Assembly: GCA_016191555.1 (NCBI GenBank)
Contig: JACPVX010000038.1
Span: forward strand, 1,506 to 65,505
Length of the DNA: 64,000 bases
Direction of reading: 5' to 3'
Source: Bacteroidota bacterium
GTDB taxonomy: Bacteria; Bacteroidota; Bacteroidia; Cytophagales; Cyclobacteriaceae
Positions 9,715-19,731 of the stretch are shown here, piece by piece. How positions within the stretch are numbered: the stretch's first letter is position 1; every line of letters starts with the position of its first letter. Position numbers and translations under genes: made by a program. The notes below the pieces were generated by a model. That model was given only the letters and a program-made list of their open reading frames with translations. It was not told the DNA's origin and searched no databases.

Positions 9715-10263
9715 CTACTTCTTTTTTATCGTACATCCCAGCACCCGATTGTTAGCCACCTCTATTTTCTGCCCAGCTAAAAACTTGTCGATAGCATCTT
9801 TCAGAAAATTTTGTTTGGTGTCGGTAGCCACTTGCGGGTTGTCATCGATGGCTCCGCTGTAAACGATATTCAATTGCGGGCTTATTAAAAATACTTCCGG
9901 GCTTTTGCGAGCGCCAAAGTTTTCCATCGCTTTCTGATCTTTATCGGCCAAATAAGGAACTCCTAAGTCTGTATAATGAATCGCCATTTTCTCTGTCGAC
10001 TCTTGCGGATCTACGTTGGAATTGACCAACAGAAACTGAACTTTTCCTTTGTACTGATCGATCAGTTTCTTCAAACGGTCTTTATAATAATTATCGTACG
10101 GGCATTCGTTGCTCGTAAATACCACCACAATGGCGGATGAAGACGTGAATTGATTCAACTCAACAGTACTACCATCGTTCGCATTGAGCAAACTGAAATT
10201 CTGAACTTGTTGTGCTTGTGCGGAAATCGCAGCAAACAATAAAATGAAAATTAGTTTTTGCAT
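9715..10263 (-). CDS. Secreted thioredoxin-fold (redoxin/AhpC-TSA-like) protein
   Basis: Signal peptide; FTSNECPY, YSGAIDD, GCTIK. Confidence 0.85.
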   Translation of the reverse strand: MQKLIFILLFAAISAQAQQVQNFSLLNANDGSTVELNQFTSSSAIVVVFTSNECPYDNYYKDRLKKLIDQYKGKVQFLLVNSNVDPQESTEKMAIHYTDLGVPYLADKDQKAMENFGARKSPEVFLISPQLNIVYSGAIDDNPQVATDTKQNFLKDAIDKFLAGQKIEVANNRVLGCTIKKK

Positions 10264-10264
10264 A

Positions 10265-10888
10265 TCATGAATGTTTAGTCAAAACCACCACAAAATCGTT
10301 TTCCACCCGATACTCCAAAGTTACATCTTGTTTTTGGTCGTTGACATGGATACTACCCTTCAAAAACCCGGCCAGCTTCGTCTCAAAAGGCTCAACCAGC
10401 AATTGCTGCGCAAAATGAAGCCCCCGCTGGCCATAATTTTTATACAATGCCTCTTTGGCGCACCAATAGATGCACAATTTGGTCAGGTCTGAGTTGGCAT
10501 CATTCCACTCTTCCGGTGACAAAACCCTTGGACCTACGTTCAACAGCTTGCCTTTGGGTTGTTCTAAGTCAATCCCAACAGGCAGTGATGTATGCCATTG
10601 CGCAGCTACGTAAGGGAAAGAATGAGTGAGAGAGATTTGCAGTGGCAGATCGCGCAAAAAAGGTTTGCCGAATTGGTCTTTCACCAAGCCGTTGTAGGTG
10701 AAATTGTTTTGTTCGATGAGTTGCCTAATTAAAACACGTGCTGCAAGCCACTCCAGTCGTTTGGTGATGCTTACTAATTCAGCCGGAGACTGTTCGAAGG
10801 CATCAAACGCCAACTCTTCTTCGGTCTCTTCGATGTGCCAAATGCCCCATCCACCCTGATTGTATTGTTCTATTTTGTGAAGAGGCAT
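10265..10888 (-). CDS. 4'-phosphopantetheinyl transferase family protein
   Basis: GKPFL, ISLTHS, VGIDLE, WCAKEALYK. Confidence 0.9.
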   Translation of the reverse strand: MPLHKIEQYNQGGWGIWHIEETEEELAFDAFEQSPAELVSITKRLEWLAARVLIRQLIEQNNFTYNGLVKDQFGKPFLRDLPLQISLTHSFPYVAAQWHTSLPVGIDLEQPKGKLLNVGPRVLSPEEWNDANSDLTKLCIYWCAKEALYKNYGQRGLHFAQQLLVEPFETKLAGFLKGSIHVNDQKQDVTLEYRVENDFVVVLTKHS

Positions 10889-10953
10889 TGGTTGCTATGG
10901 CTTTATAGCCCAATTTTGTGAAAATAATTTCAATTCTCTAATTCAGGCAGAAA

Positions 10954-11886
10954 ATGCCAACGCCACTCGTTAAAAAAATCCATACCCTCACGGGTCATCC
11001 CGACTGCGTCTACACCCTTCAGGCAAGTGGAGATGAACAGCATTTTTTTTCAGCCGATGGCAAAGGCATGGTGGCGCGGTGGGATTTAGCGCGGCCGGAG
11101 GAAGGAGAGCTAATAGCCAAACTGCCGAACTCTATTTATGCTTTGCACTATCTGAAAGACACCGATCAGTTGATTGCGGCACAAAATTATTCGGGTATTC
11201 ATCTGCTGGATTGGAAGGACAAGAAGGAATTAGCCTCTCTGCAAATTTCAGATGCAGCCATTTTTGATATTCAGTCCATTGGAAATGATTTATGGATTGC
11301 CGGTGGCGATGGTTTTTTAACCATAATAGATTTAAAAGAATGGCGAATCAAAAAAAGAATGCGCATCAGCGAGAAGAGTATTCGTGCTATGGCCGTTAAT
11401 CCAAATGGAAGTGAAGTAGCCATTGGGTTCAGCGATTTTTCGATCCGCATTTTTTCAACGGAAGATTATTCGTTGAAACACGAGTTTGTCGCGCATACCA
11501 ATTCTGTGTTTACACTGAGTTACATGCCGAATTCTAATTACTTAATCAGTGGAGGTCGCGATGCGAAGTTGAGATTGTGGGATGCTGCTAATGGTTACCA
11601 ATCCGTAGAGGAAATTGCTGCACACCTGTATGCCATCAATCATTTAGTGTTTAGTCCGGACGGAAACTATTTTGCTACAGCCAGCATGGATAAGTCGGTA
11701 AAAGTGTGGGACGCGCAGGCGTTGAAGTTGTTGAAAGTAATTGACAAAGGACGTCACGCGGGGCATGGTACTTCGGTGAATAAGTTGTTATGGACATCGG
11801 ACCATAATCAATTGATTAGTGCTAGTGACGATCGAAGTATATCTGTTTGGGAAATTGATTTTAGTGTGATAAGCGAAAGCAAATGA
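10954..11886 (+). CDS. WD40 repeat protein
   Basis: Repeated GH/AH...WD units. Confidence 0.9.
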   Translation: MPTPLVKKIHTLTGHPDCVYTLQASGDEQHFFSADGKGMVARWDLARPEEGELIAKLPNSIYALHYLKDTDQLIAAQNYSGIHLLDWKDKKELASLQISDAAIFDIQSIGNDLWIAGGDGFLTIIDLKEWRIKKRMRISEKSIRAMAVNPNGSEVAIGFSDFSIRIFSTEDYSLKHEFVAHTNSVFTLSYMPNSNYLISGGRDAKLRLWDAANGYQSVEEIAAHLYAINHLVFSPDGNYFATASMDKSVKVWDAQALKLLKVIDKGRHAGHGTSVNKLLWTSDHNQLISASDDRSISVWEIDFSVISESK

Positions 11887-13004
11887 GAAGAAGTAAAGTG
11901 ATTTTGTTGCTGATGTGTGTGAGTTCTGGTGCATTCGCGCAAGACACCACCCGCTTGTCGTTGTTGTTTTTGGGTGACATCATGCAACACGATTCGCAGA
12001 TACAGAGCGCCTACAATCCAATCACTAAAAAATATGAATATGATCAGTGCTTTCAATTTGTAAAGCCCTACTTCGAATCCGTAGATCTTGCCATTGGTAA
12101 TTTGGAATTGACATTGGCAGGAGCTCCCTTCAAAGGATACCCACAGTTTTGCGCACCCGATGAATTAGCACTCGCATTGAAAGATGCCGGAATGGACGTG
12201 TTGGTAACGGCTAATAATCACAGTTTGGATCGAGGAAAGAAAGGAGTGGAGCGAACGATCAAAATGCTGGACAGCCTTGGATTTATACACACCGGAACAT
12301 TTCGTGATAGTGCGGAGCGAGCCAGTCTGTATCCGCTGATTATACAAAGAAAAGGTTTTCGACTGGCATTACTGAATTACACCTATGGCACTAACGGCAT
12401 TCGAGTGACGAAGCCGAATGTTGTGAACCTGATCGACACGGCTCAAATGCACAAAGACATTTTGAAGGCGCAACAAATGCAACCCGATGCGATCATCGTT
12501 TTCACGCATTGGGGTTTGGAGTATCAGTCGCAGCCTTCAACTGAACAGAAAATGTTGACGGAATTATTTTTTCGATGGGGTGTGAAGTTAGTTATCGGCT
12601 CACATCCGCACGTGCTGCAGCCCATGCAGTGGCGAAAGGAACAGCAACAACTGGTGGCGTATTCTTTGGGCAATTTTATTTCCGGGCAACGGCCTCGTTA
12701 CCGAAATGGAGGTGCGATGTTGCGGGTGGAATTGAGCAAGATTACCAAAGATAGTCTGGCTACAACTCGTATTGATTCGGCCGGTTATTTGTTGGAGTGG
12801 GTGTATCGCACGGCCGATTCGAAGCAACATTTTTATTCCCTTCCGGTGAATGATTTTGAAAATGACACCACGGGTTTTATCAAAGACGAAGCTTCGAAAA
12901 CACTTTTCAAAACTTTTATCGATGATTCGCGGAAGCTGTTTGATCAATACAATATCAATCTACGAGAGATCAAAGCACAACCGGCTCGCAAGCCCGAAGA
13001 GTAG
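11883..13004 (+). CDS. CapA family metallophosphoesterase
   Basis: GDIMQH, GNLE, ANNHSLD, HWG.EY, GSHPHV, YSLGNF; signal peptide. Confidence 0.9.
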   Translation: MRRSKVILLLMCVSSGAFAQDTTRLSLLFLGDIMQHDSQIQSAYNPITKKYEYDQCFQFVKPYFESVDLAIGNLELTLAGAPFKGYPQFCAPDELALALKDAGMDVLVTANNHSLDRGKKGVERTIKMLDSLGFIHTGTFRDSAERASLYPLIIQRKGFRLALLNYTYGTNGIRVTKPNVVNLIDTAQMHKDILKAQQMQPDAIIVFTHWGLEYQSQPSTEQKMLTELFFRWGVKLVIGSHPHVLQPMQWRKEQQQLVAYSLGNFISGQRPRYRNGGAMLRVELSKITKDSLATTRIDSAGYLLEWVYRTADSKQHFYSLPVNDFENDTTGFIKDEASKTLFKTFIDDSRKLFDQYNINLREIKAQPARKPEE

Positions 13005-13007
13005 TAT

Positions 13008-13421
13008 TTATTCCACTTGCTGAAGCCAATTTTGAATGATCTTTTTAAGATGTTTTTCTTTTGATTTTACATCCGCCAGATCAGCGAACGTGATGGTTCT
13101 TCGACCGTCTTTGTAATCACCTTGCAGTAAGCCGGAGGTATCTTTTACTTTGGCGCCACTCGGCAATACCAGCATGATGCGGCCTTTGAAAAGATTCATC
13201 ACTACAATTTCCCTTTTGTACTCTTTCGGGTCGAAGGCTTTCATTTCCCCGGTATAGTAAAAGCAGGGATTGTTCCATTTGATTTGCTCACCGATGGATG
13301 GATCAATTTTTAGAATGAACAGACGAATGTACTCGACCACCGCTCGTAAATCTGGTGCTAGTTTTTGGATGTGTTGGGTAACAAGTTCTTGGTCAGTGAG
13401 AGTTGGTTGTTTCGTTTTCAT
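13008..13421 (-). CDS. DUF1801 (YdhG-like) protein
   Basis: EQIKWNNPCF, GLLQGDYKDGRR. Confidence 0.8.
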   Translation of the reverse strand: MKTKQPTLTDQELVTQHIQKLAPDLRAVVEYIRLFILKIDPSIGEQIKWNNPCFYYTGEMKAFDPKEYKREIVVMNLFKGRIMLVLPSGAKVKDTSGLLQGDYKDGRRTITFADLADVKSKEKHLKKIIQNWLQQVE

Positions 13422-13440
13422 TGGTAAATCAATTGTTACT

Positions 13441-13935
13441 CTATTTCGTTTTCTTTTCCTTCAACACTTTTTCAATATTTTGATTGAGACGCTGCAACTC
13501 CTTCAGGATGGAGTCTTGCTTTTGAGGGATTTTCATAAAATCTTCAAGAGGATTAGCGACACCGGCTTTGATCGAATTAGTTTTTACCTCTTGGCATATG
13601 ACAGTATCACCGTGCACGAGTATAGTTATACTGGTGCCACTTTTAATTTGAAAGGATTTACCTCCCAGTAATTGAGTGGTTATTAAAAACTCACTGTCCG
13701 ATGGAAGGCTATTGATTTTAGTAAATACCAAGTCACCGTATAATTGACCTTGATTTCCTAGCCGTAAATTTTCGAGAACCCCAACATCTAAGCCATTCAA
13801 ATAAGCGGTGCAAGGGGTTTGCAGATTATCAGCGTTCGGTATGGCTACGACAAGTTTGTATGAATTCGATTGGCAACTGAAAAGAAATAGGAACAGGATA
13901 AATTGAATTGTGCTATATGAATAGTAGCGCTGCAT
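13441..13935 (-). CDS. Short MlaD/MCE-domain lipoprotein
   Basis: Lipobox LFSC; YLNGLDVG.L, LLGGKSF, GDTV. Confidence 0.7.
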   Translation of the reverse strand: MQRYYSYSTIQFILFLFLFSCQSNSYKLVVAIPNADNLQTPCTAYLNGLDVGVLENLRLGNQGQLYGDLVFTKINSLPSDSEFLITTQLLGGKSFQIKSGTSITILVHGDTVICQEVKTNSIKAGVANPLEDFMKIPQKQDSILKELQRLNQNIEKVLKEKKTK

Positions 13936-14022
13936 ATTTAAGTTGGATCGGTGAACAGAATTTAAATCTACTTATTTATCGGATTCTAAGTGACAGAAAA
14001 AACGTTTCAGTTCACCCGCACT

Positions 14023-14107
14023 CGGCCAGGGATGGAGGCATTGTTGGAGCCCAGCCACTATGGCGGTATCAGCATTGGCTGGCGACTGCCGACAGCCCGG
14101 CAGGCCG
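14023..14107 (+). ncRNA. Flavo-1-like structured repeat element, copy B (variant core)
   Basis: CGGCCAGGGATGGAGGCATTGTTGGAGCCCAGCCA...TGGCTGGCGACTGCCGACAGCCCGGCAGGCCG; outer stem CGGCC/GGCCG, inner stem CCAGCCA/TGGCTGG. Confidence 0.6.
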
Positions 14108-14177
14108 CAATATTTGCCTGTTGTGTTCGTTTAATTTTATTAAATGCCTGATGCTAAGCATATTCAGAACTAATTAC

Positions 14178-14185
14178 TATATTTG
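14178..14185 (+). promoter_or_regulatory. Bacteroidota -7 promoter element for divIVA-folB
   Basis: TATATTTG matches TAnnTTTG, ~60 nt upstream of the ATG; no clear -33. Confidence 0.55.
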
Positions 14186-14247
14186 TTAGTGGATTTTTTC
14201 ATTTTTTAATCTTTCATTTTTTTAACTGTCATTTAAACTACCACATC

Positions 14248-14961
14248 ATGAGAATCACACCGTTAGAAATTCGCCAGAAAGCTTTTGAGCGTGTATTGCG
14301 CGGCTACGATAAGGACGAAGTAAATGCATATCTCCAATCGCTCTCGCAAGAGTGGGAGCGCATGCAGGACGATGCCAAGGAAATGAAAATTAAGTACGAG
14401 GCTACCGAGCGCGAAGTAGCCAAGTTGCGCGAGGTGGAAAGCTCTCTTTATAAAACGCTCAAGACAGCCGAAGATACGGGTGCGAATGTGATTGATCAAG
14501 CTAACAAAACCGCTGAGTTGATTTTACGTGAGGCCCAAATGAAGGCTGATTCGATGCTGAACGAGGCGAAGAACAAAGCGAAAAACACCATCGAAGAATC
14601 GGAGTTTATTTCAAAGCAGATGCTAGTGGAGATGGAAGAGCGCTTGAAAACATTGGGACAGCACTACAAGACGTTAGAACTTCATAAAGACAATTTGCTT
14701 TCAGATATGAAACGTCTGGCAGCAGAAACAATTGACCGTGTGGATCGCGCCAAAACAGCCGCGCGTGATTTTGATCCTGATCAACATTTGGCTCTCGCTA
14801 AACGCGAAACGAAGAAAGCCTTGTTTCCTAATGCCGAGGTAGAACGCGAAATCAAAAATGCGATGGCGTTGCCCGCACAACCTGTCGTGAAGGAAGTTTC
14901 TCAGCCAGTAATGGCGAGCGAACCCAAAGTGCAAAAATCTTTTTTTGACGACATCCAATGA
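14248..14961 (+). CDS. DivIVA domain-containing protein
   Basis: MRITPLEIRQKAF...RGYDKDEV followed by coiled coil. Confidence 0.9.
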   Translation: MRITPLEIRQKAFERVLRGYDKDEVNAYLQSLSQEWERMQDDAKEMKIKYEATEREVAKLREVESSLYKTLKTAEDTGANVIDQANKTAELILREAQMKADSMLNEAKNKAKNTIEESEFISKQMLVEMEERLKTLGQHYKTLELHKDNLLSDMKRLAAETIDRVDRAKTAARDFDPDQHLALAKRETKKALFPNAEVEREIKNAMALPAQPVVKEVSQPVMASEPKVQKSFFDDIQ

Positions 14962-15317
14962 CAGGTAAAGTAGTGCTGGAAGGCCTTGAGTTCCACGCCT
15001 ACCATGGAGTGTATCCGCACGAGCGGTCATCGGGAAATAAGTTTGAGGTGGATGTTTCCATCGACACCGTTTTTTCGGAGTCCGCTTTTCGCGATGAACT
15101 AACAGGCACCATCAACTACGAAGATGTATATGCCATTGTAAAAGAAGCGATGGAGCGTCCGGCAAAGTTACTGGAAACGGTAGGTCATTTAATTGCTGAA
15201 GAATCATTACAGAAATTTCCTTCTGCCAAAGTAGTGGAGGTAAAGATATCCAAGTTCAATCCGCCTATTGGTGGTGTGTGCAAGAAGGCGAGTGTGATCG
15301 TGAATAGGGTGCGATAA
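14958..15317 (+). CDS. folB: Dihydroneopterin aldolase
   Basis: FHAYHGV..HE, TINYE, LLETV, KFNPPIGG. Confidence 0.92.
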   Translation: MTGKVVLEGLEFHAYHGVYPHERSSGNKFEVDVSIDTVFSESAFRDELTGTINYEDVYAIVKEAMERPAKLLETVGHLIAEESLQKFPSAKVVEVKISKFNPPIGGVCKKASVIVNRVR

Positions 15318-15323
15318 ATTTAC

Positions 15324-15347
15324 CACTAAGGCACCAAGGCACTAAGG
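15324..15347. repeat. Tandem 8-mer repeat (CACYAAGG) x3
   Basis: cactaagg caccaagg cactaagg between convergent genes. Confidence 0.75.
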
Positions 15348-15367
15348 TTTATTGATTTTCGAAAGAA

Positions 15368-15670
15368 TTACTTAGCCTCAGCAAATAAAAATCCTTTTGC
15401 ATCGGCACCTTCATAAAAGTCGACTTCCTTTCCGATCAAGTACATGGTATGTTTTTTTTCTACGTATACCGGAATGCCTTCTACTTCGTAAGCTAAGTCT
15501 GTGGGCTTTTGCTTGTCGAAGCCAATCATGAGTGCTACGCCTCCGCATCCACCGCCTTTGATTCCAAGTCGCAGGCCGTAGTCAGCCGGAATATTTTTGG
15601 TTTGCATGATCTTTTTTACCTCGGCTGCTGCACGGGCACTAATTCCAATGGGTTTTACGTTGTCAAACAT
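15368..15670 (-). CDS. HesB/IscA-family protein, short form
   Basis: LRLGIKGGGCGG, YLIGKEVDF, GFLF; lacks the C-terminal CxC. Confidence 0.8.
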   Translation of the reverse strand: MFDNVKPIGISARAAAEVKKIMQTKNIPADYGLRLGIKGGGCGGVALMIGFDKQKPTDLAYEVEGIPVYVEKKHTMYLIGKEVDFYEGADAKGFLFAEAK

Positions 15671-15741
15671 CTTTTTTAAAATACTTGGATGCGTTTAAAA
15701 TTACCTAAATTTCGAACATAATAGACCATTAAAAAATTCCT

Positions 15742-16263
15742 ATGAATGCCTTATTAGAATTCGGAAAATTGTTGATTCCTGCAGCGATTGTGCTCTATGC
15801 CGTTTACCTGATGGTGCGGTCGTTCATTCAGCGCGAAATTGACTTGAAGAAACTGGAAGTGCGCGGCCGCAGCATCGAAACGATTTTACCCGCGCGCCTG
15901 CAAGCTTACGAGCGAATGGTTTTGTTTTTAGAGCGTATCTCCCCACAAAACTTACTCATCCGACTTAATAATCCCGGCCTCTCGGCCCGCGATTTTCAAA
16001 AAATATTGTTAGATGAAGTGCGCAACGAATACAACCACAACGTATCGCAGCAAGTGTACATGAGCGAAGACGTGTGGAATCAAATTAAAAATGCAAAAGA
16101 AGACCTCATCATTCTGATCAACGAAGCGGCCGGCCAAATGCCAGCCAACGCAACTAGCATCGATCTGGCCAAGCAAGTGTTTCAAATGTCCATGGACCGA
16201 AAAGTAGATTTGATCAACCACTCGTTGTCGGAGTTGAAGAAAGAGATTCAACAAATATTCTAA
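15742..16263 (+). CDS. Conserved hypothetical membrane-anchored protein
   Basis: N-terminal TM; RLQAYER..LFLERI, EYNHNVSQQVY. Confidence 0.75.
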   Translation: MNALLEFGKLLIPAAIVLYAVYLMVRSFIQREIDLKKLEVRGRSIETILPARLQAYERMVLFLERISPQNLLIRLNNPGLSARDFQKILLDEVRNEYNHNVSQQVYMSEDVWNQIKNAKEDLIILINEAAGQMPANATSIDLAKQVFQMSMDRKVDLINHSLSELKKEIQQIF

Positions 16264-16264
16264 C

Positions 16265-16909
16265 ATGGGCAAAGTAGCATTAGTGGCAGGCACTACCGGA
16301 TTGATCGGCAGTCAACTCTTAGAGCTCTTACTGAAGCACGATGCCTATTCATCAGTAGTGGCCATCAGTCGCAAGCCTTTAGCTATTACACATTCTAAAC
16401 TCAACAACATTGTATGCGAGTTGGCTGCAATACCCACGGCATTACAAACCGTGAAAGCCGATGATGTTTTCTGTTGCTTGGGCACTACTATGCGCAAAGC
16501 TAAAACCAAAGAAGCCTTTCGTGCGGTAGACTACGATGCACCACTTGCATTGGCGCAGGTGGCCAAACAAAACGGAGCAGCTAAATATTTATTGGTCTCC
16601 GCTTTAGGCGCCAATAAAAACTCATCTATTTTTTACAATCAGGTTAAAGGCGAAGTCGAAGAAGCCATCAGCAAAATCGGTTTCGACAGCTACCATATTT
16701 TGCAACCCTCGTTGCTCACGGGTCCGCGACAAGAACAACGCACCGGAGAAGAAGCCGCGCAGACTTTCTACAAAATTTTCGGATTCTTGATTCCTAAAAA
16801 ATATGCGTCTATCGAATCGATAAAAGTAGCTCGTGCCTTGGTGGCTTATGCGCAACAACCCTCTCAAGGTCAACACATTCATTCATCCATCGAAATGCAA
16901 GCTTATTGA
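16265..16909 (+). CDS. NAD(P)H-binding oxidoreductase (YraR/TIP30-like)
   Basis: GTTGLIG, FCCLGTT, VSALGA, FYNQVKGEVE. Confidence 0.88.
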   Translation: MGKVALVAGTTGLIGSQLLELLLKHDAYSSVVAISRKPLAITHSKLNNIVCELAAIPTALQTVKADDVFCCLGTTMRKAKTKEAFRAVDYDAPLALAQVAKQNGAAKYLLVSALGANKNSSIFYNQVKGEVEEAISKIGFDSYHILQPSLLTGPRQEQRTGEEAAQTFYKIFGFLIPKKYASIESIKVARALVAYAQQPSQGQHIHSSIEMQAY

Positions 16910-16912
16910 AAT

Positions 16913-17365
16913 ATGATCGCAGTCGTTCAACGTGTGTCCGAAGCCAGCGTCACCATCCATGGTGCTATCAAATCACAAATTGGCAAAGGACTTCTCATAT
17001 TGATTGGCATTGAAGATGCCGACAACGATGAAGACATTGAGTGGCTTAGCACCAAGTTAGTGGGCTTACGCATTTTTGATGATGCTGAAGGTGTCATGAA
17101 CGTCAGCGTGAAAGACGATGGCGGAGATATTCTGCTGGTCAGTCAGTTTACCTTGCATGCCAGCACTAAGAAAGGAATGCGGCCCAGCTATGTCAAAGCA
17201 GCCAAACCACCGGTGGCCATTCCGCTCTACGAAAAAATGATTGCTGCGCTCGGTAAAGAGTTAGGTAAAAGCGTGCAGACGGGCGAGTTCGGTGCCGATA
17301 TGAAAATAGCTTTGATTAACAATGGTCCTGTCACCATCCTCATCGACACCAAAAATAAAGTCTAA
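16913..17365 (+). CDS. dtd: D-aminoacyl-tRNA deacylase
   Basis: VVQRV, VSQFTL, GEFGADM, NNGPVT. Confidence 0.95.
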   Translation: MIAVVQRVSEASVTIHGAIKSQIGKGLLILIGIEDADNDEDIEWLSTKLVGLRIFDDAEGVMNVSVKDDGGDILLVSQFTLHASTKKGMRPSYVKAAKPPVAIPLYEKMIAALGKELGKSVQTGEFGADMKIALINNGPVTILIDTKNKV

Positions 17366-17405
17366 ATTAAATCCGCAGCTCACATCTCAAATCTAATTCC
17401 ACACC

Positions 17406-18668
17406 ATGATCGCCTCTTCAACTTCCGGAGCCAATCGTCAGCGCGAAATTTATTCCAACGGGTTTGCAGGTCGCTTGCCCATCGTGCCGATTGATCCGAT
17501 CAAGTTAGAAGAATCTGCTGCTGCTAAAATGAGCACGCAGGCAAAAGCGTACATCATTGGCGGTGCAGGGTTAGAGTCAACCATTCGCGCCAATCGAGCC
17601 TCTTTCGAGAAATACAAAATCATTCCGCGCATGTTGCGTAACGTGAGCGAACGCGACACCAGCATTCAACTGCTCGGACAAAAATATTCATCGCCCTTTT
17701 TTCTTTCACCCATTGGCGTGTTAGAAATGGTTCATCCGCAAGCTGATGTTGCTGTGGGCAAAGCCGCGGCCTCATTGAATATACCTTACATATTTTCCAA
17801 TCAATCATCGCGCCCGATGGAGCAAGTTGCTGAAGTCATGGGCAATAGTCCGCGCTGGTTTCAATTGTATTGGAGCAAGTCGCGCGACCTCGTTGCGAGC
17901 TTTGTGCAACGTGCCGAGCGATGTGGTTGTTCAGCAATTGCCGTCACACTCGATACCACTATGCTCGGTTGGCGCACGCGCGATCTTGACATGGCGTATC
18001 TGCCTTTCATGGAAGGTCGCGGCATTGCACAATACACCTCCGATCCGGTGTTTCAAAAATTAATGGACGAAGCCGAGCCAGCAGCCAAACAACAACTCAC
18101 TTATCAGTTACTCAGCGGACTCATCACCATGACAAAAAATTATCCCGGCAACGGATTTTTTTCAAAGCTAAAATCAAAACGCCCTATTAAGGCAGTACAA
18201 AAGTTTGTCAGCATTTACTCCAATCCTGCTCTCACGTGGGACGATCTTAAATTTTTGCGTCAGCATACCAAGCTACCCATTTTGCTGAAAGGAATTTTGC
18301 ATCCTGATGATGCGCGTCTTGCTATCGATCATGGCATCGATGGAATCGTTATTTCCAATCATGGTGGTCGGCAGGTCGATGGTTCGATCAGTACCTTCGA
18401 AGCACTTCCAAAAATTGCAGAAGCAGTGGCAGGTCGAATTCCGATTTTAATTGACAGTGGTGTGCGCGGTGGTGCCGATGCTTTCAAAGCACTTGCGCTG
18501 GGTGCAACAGCCGTGTGCATTGGTCGCCCGTATGTGTATGGCCTCACACTCGCAGGCGAAGAAGGCGTGAAAGAAGTGCTTCGCAATTTTTTGGCCGACT
18601 TTGATTTAACGATGGGTTTGGCAGGTTGTAAAAACACGAGCGAGATTACCTGCGAAACGTTGGTTTAA
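17406..18668 (+). CDS. FMN-dependent alpha-hydroxy acid oxidase (lactate 2-monooxygenase-like)
   Basis: WFQLYW, LKGILHPDDA, SNHGGRQVD, DSGVRGG, IGRPY. Confidence 0.9.
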   Translation: MIASSTSGANRQREIYSNGFAGRLPIVPIDPIKLEESAAAKMSTQAKAYIIGGAGLESTIRANRASFEKYKIIPRMLRNVSERDTSIQLLGQKYSSPFFLSPIGVLEMVHPQADVAVGKAAASLNIPYIFSNQSSRPMEQVAEVMGNSPRWFQLYWSKSRDLVASFVQRAERCGCSAIAVTLDTTMLGWRTRDLDMAYLPFMEGRGIAQYTSDPVFQKLMDEAEPAAKQQLTYQLLSGLITMTKNYPGNGFFSKLKSKRPIKAVQKFVSIYSNPALTWDDLKFLRQHTKLPILLKGILHPDDARLAIDHGIDGIVISNHGGRQVDGSISTFEALPKIAEAVAGRIPILIDSGVRGGADAFKALALGATAVCIGRPYVYGLTLAGEEGVKEVLRNFLADFDLTMGLAGCKNTSEITCETLV

Positions 18669-18674
18669 TTTTTT

Positions 18675-18795
18675 GCGGCTTGCCCCGCGAGGCGCAGGGG
18701 GCACCGGGCTGTTCGCTCCAAGCCACGCAATACGCGTCAGCCAATATTTAAATTTTGTGCCAGCGTGGCTTTCCACTGCCATCCCTAGCCGATGC
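18675..18795 (-). ncRNA. Flavo-1-like structured repeat element, copy C
   Basis: Minus strand reads GCATCGGCTAGGGATGGCAGTGGAAAGCCACGC...GCGTGGCTTGGAGCGAACAGCCCGGTGCCCCCTGCGCCTCGCGGGGCAAGCCGC; flanks nearly identical to copy D. Confidence 0.7.
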
Positions 18796-19008
18796 CTGCA
18801 CCCCATGAATGCGAACCGAAAAGATGTTTTACTTCGCATCAAATTTTGTACAGCCTATATGAATAACTATTTCACCGCGTTTAAGTTTTGATTCCGTACC
18901 TTCGTAATCGAATATTATTACTTATGAAATGCCCATATAAATGCTTTTTACCAACCAAAAATGATTATTCGGGCATTCCATGTGACCTAAACATAAAATT
19001 ATAAACAC

Positions 19009-19722
19009 ATGAAAAAATACATTTTCTTCTTCCTCATGCTCGTGGGCAGCAGCTCGTTTGCTCAGTTAGACAAAATCCTCAACGATGCAAAAAAAGTATT
19101 AGACCCCTCCAAGCCACTCACCACAGCCGAAGTGACGAATGGTTTGAAAGAAGCATTGGTCAATGGCGTCAGCAAAGGCACCGATCTGATCTCTAAATTA
19201 GATGGCTATTATAAAAATCCGGAGATCAAAATTCCTTTTCCGCAAGATGTGAAAATGGTTGAAACCAAGTTGCGTGCACTAGGCATGGGAAAAGAAGTCG
19301 ATAAATTTGTAGTTACCTTAAATCGAGGAGCAGAAGAAGCTGCAAAAGAAGCAAAACCTATTTTCGTGGCCGCCATCAAACAAATGACGATCGATGATGC
19401 GTTTGCCATTTTAAAAGGCCAACCCGATGCTGCAACTCAGTATCTTAAAAAGACAACCACTGCACAATTGAAAGAAAAGTTTAAACCCATTGTGCAAGCA
19501 TCATTAGACAAAGTGCAAGCCACTAAATACTATGGCGACCTCGTCAACAACTACAACCGTATTCCGTTCATCACCAAAGTAAATCCCAACCTGAATGACT
19601 ACGCCACCGATATGGCCATCCAAGGATTATTCACCATGATTGCCAAAGAGGAAAAGAGCATCCGCCAAGATCCGGCTGCCCGCACCACTGATTTGTTGAA
19701 GAAAGTATTTGGTTCCAAATAA
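19009..19722 (+). CDS. DUF4197 domain-containing secreted protein
   Basis: Signal peptide; GLKEAL, LNRGAEEA, EEKSIRQDPAARTTDLLKKVFG. Confidence 0.9.
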   Translation: MKKYIFFFLMLVGSSSFAQLDKILNDAKKVLDPSKPLTTAEVTNGLKEALVNGVSKGTDLISKLDGYYKNPEIKIPFPQDVKMVETKLRALGMGKEVDKFVVTLNRGAEEAAKEAKPIFVAAIKQMTIDDAFAILKGQPDAATQYLKKTTTAQLKEKFKPIVQASLDKVQATKYYGDLVNNYNRIPFITKVNPNLNDYATDMAIQGLFTMIAKEEKSIRQDPAARTTDLLKKVFGSK

Positions 19723-19731
19723 AAACTGATT

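Noticed and set aside
13908-14189. 93-aa ORF across the mlaD/divIVA gap
   Set aside because: Overlaps the mlaD start, element copy B and a promoter; no recognisable motif
18606-18891. ORFs 18673..18891(+) and 18606..18842(-)
   Set aside because: Translations of repeat copy C with no protein-family features
18928-18977. Inverted repeat AATGCCC...GGGCATT upstream of DUF4197
   Set aside because: Short arms with a long loop and a single occurrence; cannot be told apart from chance or a simple UTR hairpin
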